Shown: positions 32,545 through 44,039, numbered from the whole stretch's first letter. The stretch is DNA of 63,245 nt, filler included, from Thraustochytrium aureum (GCA_012862495.1; 6 parts of 4 records of this genome joined end to end with filler, not necessarily neighbours in it); one strand, 5' to 3'. The notes: generated by a model not told the origin, from the sequence alone. Made by a program: numbers and translations.

Positions 32545-33597
32545 TCAGATGGCGGCCAGATGGTCCTGCATCGCACCCCAGACACGGTCAACGAGACCCT
32601 GCGTGGCGCAAGCGCGGCGTGCTGCTTCGACCGAGTCTACAGACTTCGGATCACGGCACAGACCTGCAAAAGTGCCAAGCATTCGCGCTGCCTGGGGTTG
32701 CTGATCCTCGACCCTCTGCAGCGCTTGCGCCGTCGGATTTGGCAGGCCCGCGAGCTCAGTGTATCCGACGACGGCGTCCGGGTTTTGGAACGCAAAGCTG
32801 CTCTTCAGGTCGAGCACGAAATCGTTCATCCGGTACACTCCACGTTCGCACATAATGTCAAGGTCCATCAAGCATGCCCCAACGTCATACCCAAAGTCAA
32901 ATGTCGAAGATCGCCCGTCCTCAAGCTGCAGAAAGCCGCTCCCGCGAACAAGTGCTCCGGTTTCGGCGTCCTTGACCCCCGCGGCGTGCACAGCGACAAC
33001 CTCGCTCTGGTCCGCGCCAAGATATTCAACCACAGCGCGCATGGAGTACCAGGCCATGTCACCGACCGCCCCAGAGGGCTCTTTGCTCGGGTCCATGCGG
33101 ATGTTGGTGCGATCCATGCTCGGAAAAAAAAACGCCGACCGCAACCCGCGCACGCTACCAAGGGCGCCCACGGCGAGCTTGGCCTTGATCTGCGCCGTGC
33201 GCTCGTGATGAGTAAAGTGGGTTGCGTCCATGAAAGCGAGGCCTGCGCTCTGAGCCGCCTCAGCGATCCGCATCGCGCTCGCGGCGTCTACAAACGGCTT
33301 GTCCCCCAGAACATGCTTGCCAGCTGCAAGAGCCCCTAGGCAAACTTGCTCGCGGACCGAGGTCGGGGTTGCAACGTAAACCGCGTCGATCTCATCTGAC
33401 GTCACCATCTCCTGCCAGGTTGCGAACGCGCGAGGCACGCCGTGCTCCCGCGCGAGTTGCTCAGCAGTCTCCAGGCGCCTGCTAGCTACTGCGACAACAA
33501 CAACTTCGTCTGCTTCCTGCGCCGCGCGGCACATCGCCCCGCCGATCATTCCGGCGCCCACGACGCCGAGCCTTATAGGCGCCGCCCGGTCCCCCAT
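32545..33597 (-). CDS. Gfo/Idh/MocA family oxidoreductase
   Basis: IRLGVVGAGMIG, IDAVYVATP, GKHVLGDKP, GAVGDMAWY. Confidence 0.92.
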   Translation of the reverse strand: MGDRAAPIRLGVVGAGMIGGAMCRAAQEADEVVVVAVASRRLETAEQLAREHGVPRAFATWQEMVTSDEIDAVYVATPTSVREQVCLGALAAGKHVLGDKPFVDAASAMRIAEAAQSAGLAFMDATHFTHHERTAQIKAKLAVGALGSVRGLRSAFFFPSMDRTNIRMDPSKEPSGAVGDMAWYSMRAVVEYLGADQSEVVAVHAAGVKDAETGALVRGSGFLQLEDGRSSTFDFGYDVGACLMDLDIMCERGVYRMNDFVLDLKSSFAFQNPDAVVGYTELAGLPNPTAQALQRVEDQQPQAARMLGTFAGLCRDPKSVDSVEAARRACATQGLVDRVWGAMQDHLAAI

Positions 33598-33603
33598 CCT
33601 TTC

Positions 33604-33710
33604 GCTGCTCAAGTTGCTGCTTCGCTGCTCAAGTAGCTGCTGCGCTGCGCAAGTTGCTGCTGCGCTGCTCAAGTTGCTGCTGCGCTGCGCAAGTTGCTGC
33701 TGCGCTGCGC
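33604..33710. repeat. 20-bp minisatellite, about 5.3 copies
   Basis: Unit GCTGC(T/G)CAAGTTGCTGCTGC just upstream of the Gfo/Idh/MocA ATG. Confidence 0.9.
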
Positions 33711-34217
33711 GTGTCCTACTCGCGGGCTCTGGAGGTGAGAGTCCTGTGGCGTTGCAGAAACGATACGACAGGAGCAAGGCCTTGCAGGTGTGGTCTCTCC
33801 CCCCAAGTGTGGCCTTCCGGCGGGCGGCCTTGCAAGGACGAAAGGGAGGGCCCGTGACGNNNNNNNNNNNNNNNNNNNNNNNNNNNNNNNNNNNNNNNNN
33901 NNNNNNNNNNNNNNNNNNNNNNNNNNNNNNNNNNNNNNNNNNNNNNNNNNNNNNNNNNNNNNNNNNNNNNNNNNNNNNNNNNNNNNNNNNNNNNNNNNNN
34001 NNNNNNNNNNNNNNNNNNNNNNNNNNNNNNNNNNNNNNNNNNNNNNNNNNNNNNNNNNNNNNNNNNNNNNNNNNNNNNNNNNNNNNNNNNNNNNNNNNNN
34101 NNNNNNNNNNNNNNNNNNNNNNNNNNNNNNNNNNNNNNNNNNNNNNNNNNNNNNNNNNNNNNNNNNNNNNNNNNNNNNNNNNNNNNNNNNNNNNNNNNNN
34201 NNNNNNNNNNNNNTGCC

Positions 34218-35351
34218 ATGCAAGCGCCAGTCAGCTTGCCCCTTGGCAAGGTCGTGCCATACTTCGTTGTGGAGCGCGACGGCGGGACCTTCATGCGAGC
34301 GGCGCAAGACAGCGTTATTCAAGCTGCGCTGCCGCGCATTCTCGAGGAGAGAAGCGCACACCGCGACTGGGGCGACCTCGGCCCCATCTTGGTCACAGGA
34401 AGCGCCGGCTTCCTTGGGCGATCGATGGTCCTCGCGCTTCGCGGCTTGGGCGCCACCGCGATCGGACTCGACGTCGCTGCCGGACCCGAAACAGACGAGC
34501 TTTGCAGCGTTCAGGATGGCGCTGCGGTGGCCGCTGTTGTGGCACGCCACGGGTGCAAGGCTATCATCCATGCAGCCGCCCTGCACGCTCCCAACCTCGA
34601 CTATTTTGACAGTGAAACATTCAGGAGCGTCAACGTTGGAGGCACAGCCAACGTGCTCGCCGCAGCCCGTAATCACAACGTCCACACTGTGCTGTTTTGC
34701 TCCACCACGTCGCTCATGGTCACAGCTACGGTCAAGCTTGCAGAGAAACAACTCGAACCTGGTGCGCCGCCCGTCGTTTTGAGCCCAGAGAACCCCAACG
34801 AGACGCCGCGAAACATCTACGGGAAGACCAAGCTCGAGGCAGAGGGGCTCTGCTTGGATCTCGCACAAGCCGGGGGGGGGCCTAATGTGGCCGTCCTCCG
34901 GTGCAGCCGTTTCTTCGCGGAAGATATCTTCGTGTCGGACGAGCCTGCGAGCAGTCGCACTGGCTCCACGAGCTCTGGCAATGCCAAGGCGCTTGAGCTG
35001 TTGGGTGGGGTGCGCGCTTCTCTTCTCGATGTCTGCTTGGTGCACTTGGATGTGCTCGCCGCGTTGAGCGACGCGCCGCGCGGGACAAGAATAGTTGGTC
35101 CATGGATCATCGCTGCCCCGAGCCCACTCCTCAACTGGGAATTCTGGCAAGGACCTGCGGGTTGTGCACTGCGTGCGCGGGCGGAGGCGGCTTTCGCAGC
35201 CGCGGGGTGGCCGCCTCTTGGCACGACCCGCCGTGTTTACGACTCGTCCAAGACCTGGGCTTGGCTTGGCCATGGACCTTGTCTTGGGTTTGCCGAGCTC
35301 TTGGCGGGGCTCGAGGCTGGCCAAGAATGGGCGCTCAATGGGATGTACTAG
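34218..35351 (+). CDS. NAD-dependent epimerase/dehydratase (extended SDR); start may lie in the gap
   Basis: ILVTGSAGFLG, IIHAAALH, NVGGT, YGKTK catalytic motif, LRCSRFF. Confidence 0.9.
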   Translation: MQAPVSLPLGKVVPYFVVERDGGTFMRAAQDSVIQAALPRILEERSAHRDWGDLGPILVTGSAGFLGRSMVLALRGLGATAIGLDVAAGPETDELCSVQDGAAVAAVVARHGCKAIIHAAALHAPNLDYFDSETFRSVNVGGTANVLAAARNHNVHTVLFCSTTSLMVTATVKLAEKQLEPGAPPVVLSPENPNETPRNIYGKTKLEAEGLCLDLAQAGGGPNVAVLRCSRFFAEDIFVSDEPASSRTGSTSSGNAKALELLGGVRASLLDVCLVHLDVLAALSDAPRGTRIVGPWIIAAPSPLLNWEFWQGPAGCALRARAEAAFAAAGWPPLGTTRRVYDSSKTWAWLGHGPCLGFAELLAGLEAGQEWALNGMY

Positions 35352-35385
35352 GTCAAATTTGCGGGCAGGTGCCAAATAAAACTAT

Positions 35386-36069
35386 TTACTGCAGGCGACT
35401 CGTGCGCTCTCTACTAGCTAGGGAGCACGAGCTGCCAGTGCGTGCTGTGCGGCGGGCGGGCGAGTTGTCTGTGGTTCGTCGAGCGCGGCCAAGGCTAGGG
35501 CACAACGTAAGCACTGCGGAGAGGGAAGGGGGGGAGGGCGCCAAACTATGCCGCCACCCCCCGCGCTTTGCCCCGCCTGCTCCAGGCGCGCTACTGCGGT
35601 CATCAAGTGTGCGCCATGGCGCAACGGAGAGTTGTCCACGGCCGTCAACCATGTACTTGCGATTCTTGCGGCACGCCACGCAAGCATCGCGCCCCGAGCA
35701 CGCGACGTGCTTCTTAGCCTCGGCAGCTGCCGCTGCATTAGCCGCGGCTCTGGCCGCTTCAAGCTTTTCTGCTGCCCGCTCAGCTGCTCGCTGAAACACG
35801 TCCTGGCCCAAAGCACACGCCGTGCTGTTGCATCTAGGGCTCTGTGTGAGGCTGCTGTTGAGGTGCCGCTTGGGCTGTTCGTTCGGGCTCCCTCGCACCG
35901 TGCGCCTTACGCACACTAGCAAGCTCTCCGCTGCCAGCGTGAGCGTGCCCCGCCTTGGCCTGACCACCCTCGCTTCGTCGAGCTGGTCCGAATGGTCGAA
36001 AAGGTCCCGCTCCTCTCGCAGTCGCGCCTGAATACGCTCCAACCGTTCAGCCTGCGTCTCGTTCGCCAT
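35386..36069 (-). CDS. Hypothetical spliced coiled-coil/Cys-motif protein
   Basis: ATG-initiated coiled-coil (MANETQAERLERIQARL), C..RDAC..C motif, probable short introns; structure uncertain. Confidence 0.4.
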   Translation of the reverse strand: MANETQAERLERIQARLREERDLFDHSDQLDEARVVRPRRGTLTLAAESLLVCVRRTVRGSPNEQPKRHLNSSLTQSPRCNSTACALGQDVFQRAAERAAEKLEAARAAANAAAAAEAKKHVACSGRDACVACRKNRKYMVDGRGQLSVAPWRTLDDRSSAPGAGGAKRGGWRHSLAPSPPSLSAVLTLCPSLGRARRTTDNSPARRTARTGSSCSLASRERTSRLQ

Positions 36070-36610
36070 TCTCGGCGGCTACGCCACCTGCCCGGCGCTG
36101 TGCGTCGCAGTCGGCTTCCAGGCTCTGCGGCACTCGCAGCGCGCGCTGCGCAAGGCCAAAAATCACCCCTCACTTCACCATGTAATTTCTGTGGGACAGA
36201 CTGTCCGTGGGTTGTTGCACTGCATCGCTCTTTTTCTTGCCCTTGCCTTCCAGCAGCAGCAGCACCACCAGCAGCACCACCACCACCACGAGCAGGCAGC
36301 AGACATCCTCCTGGCTGGCGGGCAGTGCCTCGGCAGCAGCGCGCGGGACGAAGCGCATGCCTTTGGTGGAGTCTCATGATCACACAACGAACAGGCTGGG
36401 TGGGCTGTTCGTGAACAGCTCGGCGAGTCGGCAGGTAGAGTGTCGGCCGAGGAGCATTTGGCGATGGAGCCGACATGTTGCACGAGCAAATCGACGTTGG
36501 CGGCGGACAACGCCACAGATCACCAAGGGCAGGTTTGCTGGCTACCGGTAGCTTGCCAAGGTAAGCCAAGCGAGCTTTAGGCAGCGGCATTGGCCAAGCT
36601 TGCGCGCACA

Positions 36611-38897
36611 ATGGCGATGCCGCGCGGGGGCGCGCCGCCGCGGTCAACCACTGCCGAGTTTTGGCGCGGCATCCTCCTCTGGGCACTCATACCCGGCAAC
36701 GTACTCGCGCTCGTCCTCCTGATCAGCATTCAGGTGCAAGGGTGGAGCAGAAAGCCAACAATAGTGTACCGGCACGTGTACCACCATGACGCCTCAATGG
36801 TGTGGCGCAAGGACGAGGCCGCCACGCCAAACCAATCGGTACGCCAAAATGTCGCTGCGTCCACCTCACTGCTTCACACCGTCAAGAACGATCGCGACCG
36901 ACTGGCTCACACCTTGGCGGAGGGCCACGACGGAAGCGCCAAGGGCATTTTGGAAGGGACCAACTTTGAAGTGTTGTACCTATACAGCACCAAGCCGCCA
37001 GTGCGGAATGGCCGCGGCAAGCGCTCAAGCCTCCGCGTTCCTGGAGACGAAGCACTGGCCCCTCCAAGCAGCAACGAAGAGGACGAGGACGAAAACAGCG
37101 GGCTCGAAGCCCCGCCCGACGACGAAGACCTGGACGAGTCTTTTGACGGCCAGCGTGCCGAGGCCACCACGCAAGGCGCAGAAGCTGAGGATGGCAGCCC
37201 CAGCACCGAGGTTGAGATCGAGATCGACACCGAGCAAGTCGCCATCGAGGATATCGAAGGTGAGGACGAGGAGGGCGGCGACGTTGAAGACGAGGACGAC
37301 GAAGAAGCCTTGGCCAACGCCGCCCGTGCCAGTAAGAGCAGTCCGAGTAGCGGGCGACCGGGCGGCAGTAGCAAAGAGACCGCACGAAAGCCTTCTCTCA
37401 GCAAACGCAAGCCCCGCTCCAAGCGCCTTGCCAAGCCCAAAAGCCGCAGGAAGCACGCATCGAAGCGAAAGGACGTGGACGGCGGCGACCAAGACGATGG
37501 TGACGTGGAGGAGGCGGCGGGGGAGGGCGAGCAAGAGGAGGACGAGGTGGACGAGGAAGAGGGGCGAAGAGCTTGAGCCACCCAGCGATCAGCGAGGTGT
37601 GATCCGCGAGGACGAGGAGAAGGAGGTCGAAGAGGTGCAGCAAGGAATCGCCGCACAAGCCTCCGGCAGCCAGGATGGTGCCGGGCTAGAGAGCGAGTTT
37701 GGCGACGCGGACGACTTTGTTGTGCTTCCGGTCCAGGTCAAGCCGCTTCACCGTCATACATTCGCCAACTTTCGAACGTCTTCATGCACGTACTTGTGCG
37801 AGCTTCTCAAGGAGCACAAATGGAAGCTTACGACCAAGAGCCCCGCCATGGTGCTCATCCGCTGGTACAGCTACGACAAGTACAAGTCGCTCAAGCGCTC
37901 CATGGTAAACCACATTGGCTCGGGCTCGGGATGCATCGGCGGTGGCAAGGGGACACAGCTTCGCTGCCGTCAAGAATACACGCTAAAGCACGGGTGCGAG
38001 TATAATTCGCTTGCGGTGCAGCCGCGCCAGTGGAACCTGCAAGACACCTCGGAGTGCAAGACCTTTTTCGAAGTGGCCAGTGAGGACCGCTTGTACATCC
38101 GCAAGCCGGGCGGCTCTCAGCACGGCAAAGGTATCACGGTGCACCGCGGGACCGACGGCCTCAAAGCCAACCGCCCTTGCCGCCGCAAGCTTCGCGAGGG
38201 TCTCATCGTGCAAGAGTACCTGGCCGCGCCCCTCCTCTTGGGAGGGCACAAGTTTGACCTGCGAACCTACCTCCTCGTGGCTTCCACGAGTCCCACGTTG
38301 GCGTTTTTTCACGAGGGCTTTGTCCGCCGCTCGGAGCGCCCGTACGCGGCCAATGAAACCGACGACCTCGAAGATCCAAAGGTGCACGTGACCAATTCGG
38401 TCAAGCAGTCGGCTGAAAACCACTTTTTCAGCTTTGACCACCTCGCTCGCGAAATGGCAAACGAGCACAAATTCCCGCTCGACTACCTCCGCACGGCCTT
38501 TCGGCGTCGCGTTGTTGACGTGAGCCGTTTCCTTGTTCACAGCGCCAACATCGAGCGGCGTCGCGGGCGCTTTCAGGTCTTTGCGCTCGACTGGATGCTC
38601 GACCGGGACGGCGGTGTGCACCTGCTTGAGGCCAACGGGGACCCGTCGCTCGTGTCGTACCCCGGAATCGGGCTCACGCCAAACGTCTGGACCTCCATGT
38701 TTGATCTCGTCAACAAGATACACACAGCCCCAACCTCGCTGCGGATTCCGCGTCTTTCGGCGCTTGCTGGCGGCCACACCCCTGCGTTTTCCTTCGAAGG
38801 CTGGCACCTCTTTTACAACGAACTCGCCGACGACGTGGTCCACGCCAACGTGTACAACCCCTGCAGCGCGTTCAGCTCGCCGCGCGTCCCGAGTTAA
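36611..38897 (+). CDS. Tubulin-tyrosine-ligase-family (ATP-grasp) protein with N-terminal membrane anchor and acidic spacer; +1 frameshift near 37562
   Basis: YIRKP...GKGI, IVQEYLAAPLLLGGHKFDLRTYLLV, HVTN, FQVFALDWML, LLEANGDP; hydrophobic GILLWALIPGNVLALVLLISI. Confidence 0.85.
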
Positions 38898-39068
38898 AAA
38901 TCAGAGGATGTGTTGCTTGTGTTGCTTTGTTGCTTGCTTGTTGTGCTTTCTTTTTTATAAATTAAAAAGCGGCCGCCGCGCCGCGCGGGCCTCCTCTCCT
39001 CGACTGCCCGCCAGCCTGCGAGTGCGAAGGCGTCGAGCGCCCACCACCGCCACTTGCTTCTCCATTCA

Positions 39069-39140
39069 TGAGGCGATTAAGATGGCTGAGGCGATAAAAA
39101 TGGCTGAGGCGATAAAGATGGCTGAGGCGATAAAGATGGC
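39069..39140. repeat. 18-bp tandem repeat x4
   Basis: TGAGGCGATAAAGATGGC unit. Confidence 0.9.
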
Positions 39141-39467
39141 TGGCTGGGCTGGGCTGCCTCCTCATCAGGGCAGGCAGCCTGATCATGCGGGGGCCGACAG
39201 GAGCCGCGAGCTGCGCCTGGGCCGCGCCTGTGCCGCCAAACCCAGAAACCCAGAACCCCAGAACAGCGAACTCGGAACTCGGCCAGATCCACCCGCCACA
39301 GCTGCAAGCAACATTCGAGCGCGGCGGTCGACTGCCGTCAGTAGAGTGAGTACCAAGGCGGGCGGCTTCAGTGTGTCTGACGCGCCCTGACGCAGGCAGG
39401 CCCAACGTCGCCCGGCTTCAGACAAACAACCTTCCTATAGGCTCGTCGCTGGAGCGAGGAAGAAGAG

Positions 39468-41237
39468 ATGTCAGCGCCACAGGACGAGCGGCCTGACGAG
39501 GATGCGCCCGGCTCGTGTGCGCCGGCCCCAGCGAGCACGCGCAGCAGCGACAGCGTGAGCGAGCTGGTCGATCAGCTGGAGAAGCTCTTGCCTGCTGCGC
39601 GGCAGGCCAAACACAGCGTCGAGCACGTGCAGAAGCTGGAGGCTCAAGTGGCCAGGCTGAGCCAGCGCCTCGTGGAGCTTGAGCGTGAGCTCGAGCTCCA
39701 AAGGTCACAAACAAGATTGCCCGCGATCACGTCGGCCTCCTCGCAGGGGGGCGACGCACCCACGGGGCGCAGCAGTTCTCGCAGCCCGGGTCTCGCTCAG
39801 CGCCGGCGCAAAGCCTTCGAAGACAGACCCAGGTCCTCCTCGGAAGACGGCTCATTCTTCAGTACGTACAGCAAGCTGCACCGAGTGTGCTCATTTGAAG
39901 CCGAGCCGGCTGATCTGACTGAGGCATCGCAGCCCGACCAGGGCGATGCCGCGAAAATGGCCACCCAGTCGACGGACACCACCAAGCCGTCACCCCTTGA
40001 GGTTTCGCAGGTCGACGAAGCGAGCCCGCAGGGCGCGCACCACAGCGATCCAAACAAGATGCACCACCCGCACGACGGGCACCGGCCACAGCCGTTCGAC
40101 GAGGCCGTGCAGAGCCTGGAAGGGCATGCAATCATGCCTGCCAAGGACGGCGCCCGAAACGAGCGCGCCGGGTACTGGCTTCTCACGTGCAACGACGAGC
40201 AGTGCTTTAAGCAGGTCATCCCCTCCGGCCTTGTGCACATCCCGCACTTGACCAAGATGCTCGTCAAGTGCAAGTGGCTGCACGCGCCGCGCATGGCCCT
40301 CATCGTAAAAAAGCCCGGCGAGGTCGCCTGTCTACGCAAGATGGCCTCGATTGCCGTGCTCTTGGACAGCGAAGGCGTCCAAGTAGTTGTTGAAGAAGCC
40401 GTGCTCGAGGGCCGGCACAGCGAAGAGGAAGGCCCGCTCCTCGCCCAGCTCGCTTCAGTCAGCCCCATCAAGGCCACGCGACTGCAGCTGCAACAGCTGC
40501 CAATCGACTTTTGCGTCTGCATCGGAGGGGACGGCACCATCATTTGGACCTCGCACCTCTTCCCCGCCGGGTGCCCTCCGGTAGTCTCCATCGCGATGGG
40601 CTCACTTGGGTTTCTGAGCACCTTTTCCGTGGAGGAGACCGAGGATGCCCTGAAACGGGTCTTGAACAAGGAGATGGTGCTCACGCTGCGCTCGCGTCTG
40701 CAAGCCCAGGTGATTCGCAAGAGCGGCGAGCGCCGTGTGGAGACAGTGCTCAACGAGGTTGTCGTTGACCGCGGCCCAAACTCGTCGATCGTCAATCTCG
40801 ACCTCTTCATCGGCTCCGATAAAAAGGCGATCACGCATGTCCAAGGCGATGGCCTCATCGTTGCGACCCCGACAGGGTCGACCGCATACTCGCTCTCGGC
40901 GGGGGGCAGCATGATCCACCCTGCGATCCCATGCGTCGTGGTGACGCCCATTTGTCCGCACTCGCTGTCGTTCCGTCCCATCGTGGTGTCGGACACCTCA
41001 GCGGTCCGCCTGTTGGTCCCGGAAACTGCGCGCAGCAGCGCATTTGTGTCGTTTGATGGGCGCCACCAGCTTGAGCTGGAGCGCGGCGACGAGCTTTTGA
41101 TCCGCGTGTCCGAGTTTCCAGTGCCGTGCATTTGCAGTGCTGGCGAGTCGGAGGACTGGTTTAATGCGATCAAGCACGGATTTAACTGGAACGAGCGAAC
41201 GGTGCAAAAGCAGCTCCAGCCGCCGTCCAGCTTGTAG
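39468..41237 (+). CDS. NADK: NAD kinase with N-terminal coiled-coil extension
   Basis: GGDGT, GSLGFL, LNEVVVDRG, QGDGLIVATPTGSTAYSLSAGG, TPICPHSLSFRP. Confidence 0.95.
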   Translation: MSAPQDERPDEDAPGSCAPAPASTRSSDSVSELVDQLEKLLPAARQAKHSVEHVQKLEAQVARLSQRLVELERELELQRSQTRLPAITSASSQGGDAPTGRSSSRSPGLAQRRRKAFEDRPRSSSEDGSFFSTYSKLHRVCSFEAEPADLTEASQPDQGDAAKMATQSTDTTKPSPLEVSQVDEASPQGAHHSDPNKMHHPHDGHRPQPFDEAVQSLEGHAIMPAKDGARNERAGYWLLTCNDEQCFKQVIPSGLVHIPHLTKMLVKCKWLHAPRMALIVKKPGEVACLRKMASIAVLLDSEGVQVVVEEAVLEGRHSEEEGPLLAQLASVSPIKATRLQLQQLPIDFCVCIGGDGTIIWTSHLFPAGCPPVVSIAMGSLGFLSTFSVEETEDALKRVLNKEMVLTLRSRLQAQVIRKSGERRVETVLNEVVVDRGPNSSIVNLDLFIGSDKKAITHVQGDGLIVATPTGSTAYSLSAGGSMIHPAIPCVVVTPICPHSLSFRPIVVSDTSAVRLLVPETARSSAFVSFDGRHQLELERGDELLIRVSEFPVPCICSAGESEDWFNAIKHGFNWNERTVQKQLQPPSSL

Positions 41238-41477
41238 GAAGACCAAGTCCAGCCGGCGGCGTACTAATAGAGTTTGAGTTTGTGCTTTGGCGCGAGCAGG
41301 CCTACCTGCCTCCTTTGCTCTTCAAGCTTCATTTGGAATCCACAATTTCGGTTGCGCGTCCAGCGCTCCTTGCGCCCTTGTCAAGTGAGCTGGAAGCGCA
41401 GCTCTGGTTGCGCTTCTGCCGTTGCGCAACTCCCGCCCAAAGCAGCGGAGAGTGGCACGGCGGGCCTCTTGATCAAG

Positions 41478-41828
41478 TCAGGCGATCGTGCAGCCTGAGA
41501 ACGGGTCCGACTTGCCTCGCTCCTTGACGAGCTGCCGCAGTGTCTCCAGCGCGCTGTGAAAGTCCAGCTTGAACTGCTCCTTGTCGTCCACCTCGTCATA
41601 GCCCACCTCGTGGATCAGCTTGTTGCGAATGGTGGCAATCTTGCGCAGCTTGCGCTTCGTGTCCTGCGGCAGTCCTTCTGCGCTCGAGATCTTCTCGTGA
41701 AGGCCGCGTCCCGTCGCCGCGAAGTCGCGCACCAAGACGCTCTCGATATTCTTGCTCGCCACAATCACCAGCTTGACGTCGCAGCAGCAGTTCCTGAAAA
41801 CGTCCTCCGAGCTCAGCAACGCGCCCAT
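41478..41828 (-). CDS. Small HEPN/DUF4145-like protein with predicted N-myristoylation site and C-terminal CaaX
   Basis: 116 aa; MGALLS start, GRGLHEKI, LRKIATIRNKLIHE (RxxxxH), ends CTIA. Confidence 0.75.
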   Translation of the reverse strand: MGALLSSEDVFRNCCCDVKLVIVASKNIESVLVRDFAATGRGLHEKISSAEGLPQDTKRKLRKIATIRNKLIHEVGYDEVDDKEQFKLDFHSALETLRQLVKERGKSDPFSGCTIA

Positions 41829-42404
41829 CCTTGCTCCAAGCCAAGGCCTCGCTCGGCAGCCCTCCAGCAACAAGTCAGTCGCGCTCGCCGCTCGCGACGC
41901 CCGTGTCGCCACGCCTGCTGCTGCTGCTGCTACTTGCGCTGTCTGCTTCTTGTGCTGCGAGAACGGCGGGCGCTTTCTAGATATTCAAGAGCACACTACT
42001 GAACTCCAAGTATCGCTCGCGATTGTCCTATCGTGACCGGATCGCAGCGATGGATGAGAGGGATGTCCGGACTTGGCCGCAGTCCTGCCGCACCGGCCGG
42101 CCGGCCGGGAGTGTTCCGGTGGACCTCAGGAAATGAAACAACGTCCCATCTTCATCCGAGTCGCAGCATGTCAAAGCAAGGTCAAAGGGGCAAATGCGGC
42201 GGCTTGCGACTTTGGCTCTTGCTCCCCAACGTTGCACAGAGGTAAGATCGCTTAGCCAGCTCGTGCAGAGACATCGCCAGACCGCCAACGCCTGACAGGT
42301 TCCCAACGCAAGAAATCGACAGAGAGGCGCCGCGACACCACGCCGACCGGGACCGCGCGCACAGAGCACCCTTCGCGGACAGCACAGGCGCGTGATCGGC
42401 CAGG

Positions 42405-44039
42405 ATGGGGGCGCTCATGAGTAAGGCCCGCGAGCTGGCCGAGCAGTACGGCCCGAAAAAGGTCCTCGCCGCGCTCCTGGCGCTTTTGCTTGCCAGGGCC
42501 ACCGTCTGGTACAAGCTCGTGTACAAGATCAAGAACCAGCCGCCGGGCCCGATGCCGTTCCCTGTGATCGGCAACTTTAACGAGCTCTCGCCGCCCAACA
42601 TGCCGCCGGGCATCCACAAAGACTTTTACCGCCTGACCCAGACCTGGGGCCCGGTCTACAGCCTCTGGTTCGGCGCCAACTACGGCATCGTTTGCAACTC
42701 GCGCGAGGCGTTCTTCGAGGCGCTCAAGACCAAGCAGGACGAGTTCGCCCACCGGCCGCAGCTCCGATCGTACCAGGCCCTCACGCACGGCCAAGGCGTC
42801 GCGATGAACAACGGCCCGAGGTGGCGCATGATCCGCACCGTGCTGCAGCAGCACGTGACCAACAAGCAAAAGGGCGTGGAGAGCGCGCCGCTGTTCATGG
42901 AGGAGATTGAGAACGGCCTCTGCTGGCTCCGCGAAGAGTGCGCCAGGGGCCGCGCCGCCGACTTTGACCTGCGACAGCTCTTGCGCCGCGAAGCGCTAAA
43001 CGCTATCATGCGCAAGCTCTTCTCGTTCCGCTTTGGGGACGACAACACCAGACTGTACTACGAAGTCCAAGACTGGATCCGCATCATCTTCGAGCACATC
43101 GCCCAGGGGTCGCCCTCGGATTTCATGCCCATCGCCAAGTTTTTCCCCAACGAGGAGGAGAAGAACTATTTGCGGACCGTGCTCAAGATGGAGGAGTTTG
43201 TGGACGGCGAGATCGAGCGCCACAAGGCGACCTTCTCCAAGGCCGACCCGGCTTCGTACGACTTTGTGCATGCGATGTTGTACGCCCAGCAAGAAGCCAA
43301 GAAGAAGGGCGAGCCCACGCTTACGGACGTCGACATCCGCGTCTGCGCGTGGGACTCGATGGCCGGCGCCATCGACACGGCGGCCACCACCATGGAGTGG
43401 ACCATCTACACTCTCGTCAACCACAAGAGCGTCTTGCGCAAGGCGCAGGCCGTGCTGGACGAGGTAGTGGGGCCGGACCGCCTCCCCTGCCTGGATGACA
43501 TTCCCAAACTCGAGTACATCACGGCAATCATCGATGAGGTGTTTCGCTGGAAGCACTTTGCGCCGCAGGGCCTCCCGCACGAGGCGGCCTGCGACACGAC
43601 CATCTGCGGCTTCAACGTGCCCAAGGGCACGCAAGTGTTCTTCAACTATTTCTCGCTGCACATGAACCCCGAGTACTGGGACCGCCCCGAGGAGTTTCGC
43701 CCGGAGCGCTTCCTGGAGGAAGAGCGTGACCTGCTCGAGACTTGCTTGCACCCAGAAAAGTTCTTCCCGAAGAAGGAGTCGTACAAGTTTGTCCCTTTTG
43801 GCCAGGGTCGCCGCCGTTGCGTCGGGTACGGCCTGGGCCGCATCGCAATCTGGCTCAAGGTCGCTGCCTACTTGCACTGTTTCGACTGGGACTCTGTGGA
43901 TGGCAAGCCGCTCGACCTCGACACGGAGATCCTTGGCATCACGATGGTGCCAGCCGAGCAGAAGGTCCGCGCAACGCCTCGCCCTGCCGCGCGTCTCTGC
44001 AAAAGCTTGGAGAATGTGCCGGGCTACGACCAGCGGTGA
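42405..44039 (+). CDS. Cytochrome P450
   Basis: N-terminal anchor, PPGP.PFPVIGN, AGAIDT, EVFR, PERF, heme motif PFGQGRRRCVG. Confidence 0.97.
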   Translation: MGALMSKARELAEQYGPKKVLAALLALLLARATVWYKLVYKIKNQPPGPMPFPVIGNFNELSPPNMPPGIHKDFYRLTQTWGPVYSLWFGANYGIVCNSREAFFEALKTKQDEFAHRPQLRSYQALTHGQGVAMNNGPRWRMIRTVLQQHVTNKQKGVESAPLFMEEIENGLCWLREECARGRAADFDLRQLLRREALNAIMRKLFSFRFGDDNTRLYYEVQDWIRIIFEHIAQGSPSDFMPIAKFFPNEEEKNYLRTVLKMEEFVDGEIERHKATFSKADPASYDFVHAMLYAQQEAKKKGEPTLTDVDIRVCAWDSMAGAIDTAATTMEWTIYTLVNHKSVLRKAQAVLDEVVGPDRLPCLDDIPKLEYITAIIDEVFRWKHFAPQGLPHEAACDTTICGFNVPKGTQVFFNYFSLHMNPEYWDRPEEFRPERFLEEERDLLETCLHPEKFFPKKESYKFVPFGQGRRRCVGYGLGRIAIWLKVAAYLHCFDWDSVDGKPLDLDTEILGITMVPAEQKVRATPRPAARLCKSLENVPGYDQR

